A program made the position numbers and the translations under genes. This document shows, piece by piece, positions 58,792 through 64,000 of a stretch of 64,000 bases of DNA. The stretch is from an uncultured virus (IMG/VR IMGVR_UViG_3300042869_000764) (lineage: Duplodnaviria; Heunggongvirae; Uroviricota; Caudoviricetes). Position 1 is the stretch's first letter, and each line of letters begins with the position of its first letter. The stretch lies in the IMG/VR virus record IMGVR_UViG_3300042869_000764; one strand, 5' to 3'. The notes under the pieces are model-generated. The model had not been told where the DNA came from. It saw only the letters and a list, made by a program, of their open reading frames with translations, and did not search any database.

Positions 58792-61074
58792 ATGGCCAAA
58801 ATATCCGTATCCGATGCAGTAAGAATAATTCCAAGAGACGCTGAATTTCTGAACAGAAAGTCAGGGCTAAGAGGTGAAGTTTTTTACGATCAAACAGCTA
58901 ATACCCTTAGAATTTACAACGGATCATCCACTGGCGGATTAAATTTAGCTAGAGGAGATCTTGCCAATGTGTCAACCAGTGATTTTAGATCTAAGTCTGT
59001 GGTTTCTAAACTGGCTACAGTCACATATCAGGTAACAATCACAGGTCCTCAAGGCGGCGATACAGGCAACAAATACAATCTTAACGGTGTTTATCGTCCT
59101 ATACTGAATTTTGTAGTGGGCTATACCTATGTGTTTGTTCAGGACGATCCTACCAACGTCTACTTTCCTAACGTCAATGGAACTACAGTAAATCAGCATC
59201 CTTTGAATTTTTCCGCAGATAATCTCAGTGGAAACAATGGCGGCGGCACAAGTTATCTTGTAGATGTGCAATATTACCTAGATAATGTTAATGTTACACA
59301 GGCAGTGTATAACAGTAATATGTTTGCCACAGCCACTGCACGGCAGGTGCGTATCACAGTCACTAATTCTACGCCAGCTTTGCTCTACTATTGGTGTTGG
59401 AATCACTTGGCCATGGGTCAGTCAATAGCAGTAGCAGATCCTGGATCAGGAACCGGTAGCGGAGGCGCACTAAATGACTTGAGTGATGTTGTGTTAACAA
59501 CTCCAACAATTAACCAGGTGTTGAAGTATAACGGCACAAATTGGATTAATGATACAGACTTAGAGTCTAATAGTTTTGCCACAATAGCAGTAGCAGGGCA
59601 AAGCTCAGTGGCTGCGGGCACCCCCACAGATACGCTGACACTAGTGGCAGGCGCAGGTATAACCCTCACAACTAATGCTGGCACAGATGCCATTACAATT
59701 ACCAGCACAGCCAGCACAGGCAACATAACATTTGTTGCTAACACCATAGACAGCACAGACAGCACAGCTATCACTGTAACTCCTGCTGTAAATTTTGAAT
59801 CAGATGTGGTAGTAGGCAATGAAATCGTATTTGCAGACGGCACAAGACAGAATACTTCTGCTGTAGGTGTACCTGGGCCAGTAGGACCGCAAGGGCCAGC
59901 AGGAGCTTCGGGAGCAGGTACAGGAGATGTTCTTAGCAGTGGTGGCGGATATGTCGATAATGCTATTGTACGCTATGACGGTACTACCGGTACTATCATA
60001 CAAACCAGCTCTGCAACCATATCAGATGCTGGACTACTTACGGCCACTAACTTCAGTGGTGGAGGTTCAGCACTTACTTCGTTAAATGCTACGCAGTTGA
60101 CTTCAGGCACCATACCGGACGCCAGATTTCCGGCTACGTTGCCTGCAGTGAGTGGCGCAAATCTCACAGCACTTCCTGCAACATTACCAGCGGCCAGCGG
60201 GGCTAATCTCACAGCATTAAATGCTACACAACTCACCAGCGGCACAGTACCCATCGGAAGACTCGGGTCGTCAGGAACACCTAGTGCCAGCACCTACCTT
60301 AGAGGCGACAATACATGGGCTACTGTTTCGGGCGGAGGATTAGCATCTGACAGTTTTGCCACTATATCTGTGGCAGGCCAATCGAATGTTGTAGCAGATT
60401 CAGCCACAGACACACTAACACTGGTGGCAGGTACAGGCATTACTATTACCACAGATGCAGGTACAGACACTGTGACCATTACCAACTCAGGTACTGGCCA
60501 AAACACTTTTGAAACAATAGCAGTAGCTGGGCAGAGTTCTGTGGTAGCAGATTCGGCCACTGACACTCTTACTATAGCTGCAGGCACAGGGATCTCAATA
60601 ACCACGGATGCCGGCACAGACACAGTGACAATTACCAGCACAGTCAGCGCAGGCGCCACATCATTCACCGGACTAAGTGATCGTGCAGATCTCACCATAG
60701 ACCAATTTTATCTACAGGCAATAACAAGACTTAATGTCACAAACAACGGAGCTAGTGCTTACAGATTTGACCAATATGGCACCACTGACGATCCTACAGT
60801 CTATGCCATCAATGGCACCACCATAGCTTTCAATCTCAATGTGACTGGACATCCATTCTTGATACAAGACGGCGCTGGCGCAAATTATAACACAGGATTG
60901 GTACACGTGACCACAGGGGGCACCGTAACTACAGGAGCGTCGGCTCAAGGTCAAACATCGGGCACACTATATTGGAAGATTCCAGATTCAATTACTGGTA
61001 GCTACAGATATCAGTGTAGTGTTCATGCTGCTATGATTGGAACTATTCAGATTAAAAACTTTGCCAGTATTTAA
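58792..61074 (+). CDS. Tail fibre-like protein with collagen triplets and two cupredoxin-like domains
   Basis: GVPGPVGPQGPAGASG; three F.TI.VAGQS.V.A...TDTLT..AG.GI repeats; HPLNF...CWNHLAM and HPFLI...CSVHAAM; TAAATA at 58762-58767. Confidence 0.7.
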   Translation: MAKISVSDAVRIIPRDAEFLNRKSGLRGEVFYDQTANTLRIYNGSSTGGLNLARGDLANVSTSDFRSKSVVSKLATVTYQVTITGPQGGDTGNKYNLNGVYRPILNFVVGYTYVFVQDDPTNVYFPNVNGTTVNQHPLNFSADNLSGNNGGGTSYLVDVQYYLDNVNVTQAVYNSNMFATATARQVRITVTNSTPALLYYWCWNHLAMGQSIAVADPGSGTGSGGALNDLSDVVLTTPTINQVLKYNGTNWINDTDLESNSFATIAVAGQSSVAAGTPTDTLTLVAGAGITLTTNAGTDAITITSTASTGNITFVANTIDSTDSTAITVTPAVNFESDVVVGNEIVFADGTRQNTSAVGVPGPVGPQGPAGASGAGTGDVLSSGGGYVDNAIVRYDGTTGTIIQTSSATISDAGLLTATNFSGGGSALTSLNATQLTSGTIPDARFPATLPAVSGANLTALPATLPAASGANLTALNATQLTSGTVPIGRLGSSGTPSASTYLRGDNTWATVSGGGLASDSFATISVAGQSNVVADSATDTLTLVAGTGITITTDAGTDTVTITNSGTGQNTFETIAVAGQSSVVADSATDTLTIAAGTGISITTDAGTDTVTITSTVSAGATSFTGLSDRADLTIDQFYLQAITRLNVTNNGASAYRFDQYGTTDDPTVYAINGTTIAFNLNVTGHPFLIQDGAGANYNTGLVHVTTGGTVTTGASAQGQTSGTLYWKIPDSITGSYRYQCSVHAAMIGTIQIKNFASI

Positions 61075-61180
61075 TTTTCTTTCAATTCTGACATTATAAA
61101 TCAAATAGTTGATAATAGCTAATTTATTTTTGAATCTGAAATTATTGAATTAAATACTCGTTTGCAAAGTATATGAGATC

Positions 61181-61780
61181 ATGAATCCACAAATTATTCC
61201 AATTTTTCCTGCAGCTATCTATAGAATCAATCTTAGAAAGTTATCAGCGGCTGAACGAATTGCATATGACACTAATACCGTAACCTCTATAAGTAGACAA
61301 GGCAATCAGACATCTGTTAATTCAACCCTGCTTGATAGCGATGTATTCTCAGATTTGAAAAACATATTCATGGAGCATGTACATAATTATGCTCGAGAAG
61401 TGATTAAAACAAACTGCCAATTTTATATGACAAATTCCTGGAAAAATCAAAATAAAAAAGGACAACCACACGATCTGCACAATCACAGAAATAGCGTGAT
61501 TTCAGGAGTATACTATGTGAATGTTGCAGACAGTGAAAATTCTATCTGTTTCAACAGGCTAACATCACCGTTTTTTATGGAGTTTGAGTGCAGCGAACGT
61601 ACACCATTTAACAGCATAGAATGGCAGATTCCTGTTGAAGATGCAATGTTAATACTTTTTCCTTCCACTCTCTTTCACAGTGTGCCTGTAAATACCACAA
61701 ACAACGAACGATTGAGTATTTCTTTTAATACTTTCATCAAAGGTAATTTCAATAATAACACTCTTGTGATCAACGCATAG
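61181..61780 (+). CDS. Putative 2OG-Fe(II) oxygenase (TIGR02466-like)
   Basis: IFP, SWKN, HNHRNSVISGVYY, LFPSTLFHSV, RLSISFN. Confidence 0.85.
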   Translation: MNPQIIPIFPAAIYRINLRKLSAAERIAYDTNTVTSISRQGNQTSVNSTLLDSDVFSDLKNIFMEHVHNYAREVIKTNCQFYMTNSWKNQNKKGQPHDLHNHRNSVISGVYYVNVADSENSICFNRLTSPFFMEFECSERTPFNSIEWQIPVEDAMLILFPSTLFHSVPVNTTNNERLSISFNTFIKGNFNNNTLVINA

Positions 61781-61824
61781 CATAAATACACTATATAATT
61801 TTACTCATTCCGGAGATCATTTAC

Positions 61825-62355
61825 ATGAACACAGAATTACCAGTCCCAGAGGGATATCAAGAACCATTAATTCCGCCCCCTGATCTTGATCCAAATACAC
61901 CGTTGGCTATTCCAGTGGCATTGAATAGCAAGACTGCAGCCAATCTTAAACTGGCGTTTGCTGCCGAGGCACGATCTAATGATAGATATCACTATTTTGC
62001 TACTGTGGCTGAAAAATATGAAGATGCAAATGCTACAGCTTATTTTAAACAGATTGCCGAAGAAAAACATATGTTTGCTCAAGGCCATTTAAAAGAAGCT
62101 ATTTTAGGTGGATTAGGTGATCCAGATACTGGAAAGCCATCAATGCATATTACCCAGGTATTGGAAACTGCAATTGCTTCTGAAATGCAAGCATCGGTTG
62201 AGCTGTATACAAAATATGCAGATGATGCTCGAGAAGACAAGTTGCCGCATTTAGCAGAGTGGTTTATTGAATTATCAAGAAGAGCATCTGCTCATAAAAA
62301 ATCATTCGAAGACCTGCTGAAATACTACGATCCTGCCCCACCCGACAACGAATAA
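61825..62355 (+). CDS. Rubrerythrin-like (ferritin-fold) protein with degenerate metal ligands
   Basis: TAANLKLAFAAE..S..RY.YFA, GDPDTG, AIASE...LY..YA..ARE...LAEWF. Confidence 0.75.
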   Translation: MNTELPVPEGYQEPLIPPPDLDPNTPLAIPVALNSKTAANLKLAFAAEARSNDRYHYFATVAEKYEDANATAYFKQIAEEKHMFAQGHLKEAILGGLGDPDTGKPSMHITQVLETAIASEMQASVELYTKYADDAREDKLPHLAEWFIELSRRASAHKKSFEDLLKYYDPAPPDNE

Positions 62356-62373
62356 GTTATATAATCTGTTCGC

Positions 62374-62928
62374 ATGAATCGAGTAGACTCAACTCTACCA
62401 ATATTTTTACACCAAGGGTTAAAATCTTATCCAATTGATTGGATGAAGACACAGGTGTTAGCCGCACATCACAAGGCAGACTACAACACCGGAAATAATT
62501 TTCAAATCAACGATTCTTCGGGAGTGTTTCACACCTTATACAAAGATTTTTTTCATATTGCCAACCAGCATTTTGGTCCACTAGAATTAGATCAAAGAAA
62601 TCTTGCCAGCTGTTGGGGTTATGTAACGAACAAATTTTTTTACAAAGGTGGCATCCATAATCACCTAAATACCTGTGTAATTAATGCTGTTTACTATTTG
62701 AATATACCCGAGACTGCAGATAGACATCAAGGGTCTCTAAGTTTTTATGATAATAACTTTCATGAAATCTATAATATAAGACCCAACGTTGGTGATTTGA
62801 TTATTTTTCCAGGATATCTTAACCATCAGCCTCATCAATCATTTAGTTTAGATTATAGAGTTTCTATTAACATGGAAATTATTTGTCAAAATGTCTGGGG
62901 TGTTGACAACAACTCTGTTTTGAGTTAA
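62374..62928 (+). CDS. Putative 2OG-Fe(II) oxygenase
   Basis: IHNH, INAVYYL, LIIFPGYLNH, RVSINME. Confidence 0.8.
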   Translation: MNRVDSTLPIFLHQGLKSYPIDWMKTQVLAAHHKADYNTGNNFQINDSSGVFHTLYKDFFHIANQHFGPLELDQRNLASCWGYVTNKFFYKGGIHNHLNTCVINAVYYLNIPETADRHQGSLSFYDNNFHEIYNIRPNVGDLIIFPGYLNHQPHQSFSLDYRVSINMEIICQNVWGVDNNSVLS

Positions 62929-62935
62929 TGATTGC

Positions 62936-62964
62936 TTGTAAAATCTGTGTTGATGTGTTATAAT
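62936..62964 (+). promoter_or_regulatory. Sigma70-type promoter
   Basis: TTGTAA, 17 nt spacer, TATAAT with extended -10 TG; ATG after a 7 nt gap. Confidence 0.6.
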
Positions 62965-62971
62965 CAAAGAC

Positions 62972-63700
62972 ATGACTGCACAAAAGATTATATTTTATCC
63001 CACTATACCTGGCATCGATAAGACAATGCCGATTTTATCTGCAGATAAAATCGTGCATAATTGGAAACAGGAAGCAGCTAGAGAATTTAAAAATCAAAAA
63101 AATAATCTCGGGCATGCCATACACAGCATTTCTAATTGTCCCGGAATCAACATCTTACAGAGTCAAGGGTTTGTAGTGCGAGCATGGCAAGATATCTACG
63201 TCAAAGCAGATTCGTCACAGGATAAAATACAGTGGAGAACTCCTATTGATCAAGAAAAAATCAACGGCAGTCCGGCGATTGAGGAACATCAAGACAGTTT
63301 GTTTAAAACATTTCAAAACTGGCCGAATCATTCTAGCCGATCTGTGATAAAATTTATCACTGGCTGGTGCTGTAAAATTCCCAGTGATTATCTTTTAATA
63401 CAAACTTCTGTATTCTACGCCGATGAAAATCGATTCACTGCTCTAAGTGGGATTTATTCAAGTGACTACGGAATCAATAACATAAATGTTCCGGTATTTT
63501 GGCACAACCTCAATGAGGAAACCGTGATCAAAGCTGGCACCCCCCTTGCACAATTAATTGCAGTTCCTAAGAATTCCTTGGAATTAGAAATCAGAACTGA
63601 TATTAGCAAAGAAGAACTAACGATAAATTATATATTGATGAACAATACTTTCGTAAGAAATTACGCTAAGATCAAATCATATTTTCAGGGAAATCAATAG
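62972..63700 (+). CDS. Hypothetical protein (paralog family D)
   Basis: SISNCPGI...GFVVRAWQD...KFITGW...IKAGTPLAQLI. Confidence 0.6.
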   Translation: MTAQKIIFYPTIPGIDKTMPILSADKIVHNWKQEAAREFKNQKNNLGHAIHSISNCPGINILQSQGFVVRAWQDIYVKADSSQDKIQWRTPIDQEKINGSPAIEEHQDSLFKTFQNWPNHSSRSVIKFITGWCCKIPSDYLLIQTSVFYADENRFTALSGIYSSDYGINNINVPVFWHNLNEETVIKAGTPLAQLIAVPKNSLELEIRTDISKEELTINYILMNNTFVRNYAKIKSYFQGNQ

Positions 63701-64000
63701 TGCAAAGTACATTGTTTGAAACAAAATTTTATAGTTATTATATCAATGATTGGGAATCAAAGAAAGAAAAAATTTCAAAAAAAATTAATGCAGCGGCATT
63801 GGTAAGAAAGCCCGGTCAATTGTTTGCAAGCGATCGAGGTAATAACAGCTATCAGTCTGAGTTTGTTGAAATTTTTAAGAATGAACTGGCTCTGTTTTCT
63901 AATGAAATTAAAGTAGAATCATTAGATATAGGCGACGTATGGACAGTGTCTTATGCAAAAGATGAATTTCATATCCCTCATAATCACTCGGGGGTGGGAT
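63700..64000 (+). CDS. Putative 2OG-Fe(II) oxygenase, 3'-truncated
   Basis: Not in the track. GTG overlaps the previous TAG; manual translation MQSTLFETKF...DVWTVSYAKDEFHIPHNHSGVG stays open to the edge. Confidence 0.65.
   Translation, partial: MQSTLFETKFYSYYINDWESKKEKISKKINAAALVRKPGQLFASDRGNNSYQSEFVEIFKNELALFSNEIKVESLDIGDVWTVSYAKDEFHIPHNHSGVG

Noticed and set aside
61075..61180. AT-rich intergenic gap
   Set aside because: No convincing stem or ORF; contains only a TAAATA motif
1..64000. Alternative genetic code, CRISPR array, tRNAs, DGR or retron, transposase or integrase
   Set aside because: Genes are full length in code 11 with TAA, TAG and TGA all used as stops; no repeat-spacer array, cloverleaf, reverse transcriptase or recombinase recognised

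Overview
A 64 kb segment of a large T4-superfamily (myovirus-type) phage genome in the standard genetic code. 1-15736 (-): baseplate module with a >2000 aa edge-truncated ORF and gp6-, gp25-, gp5-, hub-, gp53- and gp48/54-like genes. 15821-22036 (+): gp55-like late sigma factor, gp47/gp46 nuclease, a small Hc1-like basic protein, a GIY-YIG nuclease, a ~460 nt densely base-paired non-coding tract and two putative internal head proteins. 22033-23108 (-): tail-assembly gene pair apparently joined by a -1 ribosomal frameshift. 23177-32548 (+): tape measure, portal, a sialyltransferase/MAF-like ORF, core proteins, protease, scaffold and major capsid. 32614-54713 and 58792-61074 (+): paralog-rich virion/fibre genes, including two giant repeat proteins. 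54722-64000: an accessory region with about seven 2OG-Fe(II) oxygenase-like genes and a degenerate rubrerythrin. The most notable signals are the structured RNA next to the GIY-YIG gene, the slippery site plus 11-bp hairpin frameshift cassette, two structured 5' leaders, recurring TAAATA late promoters that often imply leaderless mRNAs, and a late-promoter oxygenase operon beside a collagen/cupredoxin fibre. All calls come from reading motifs by eye; no database searches or folding programs were run.
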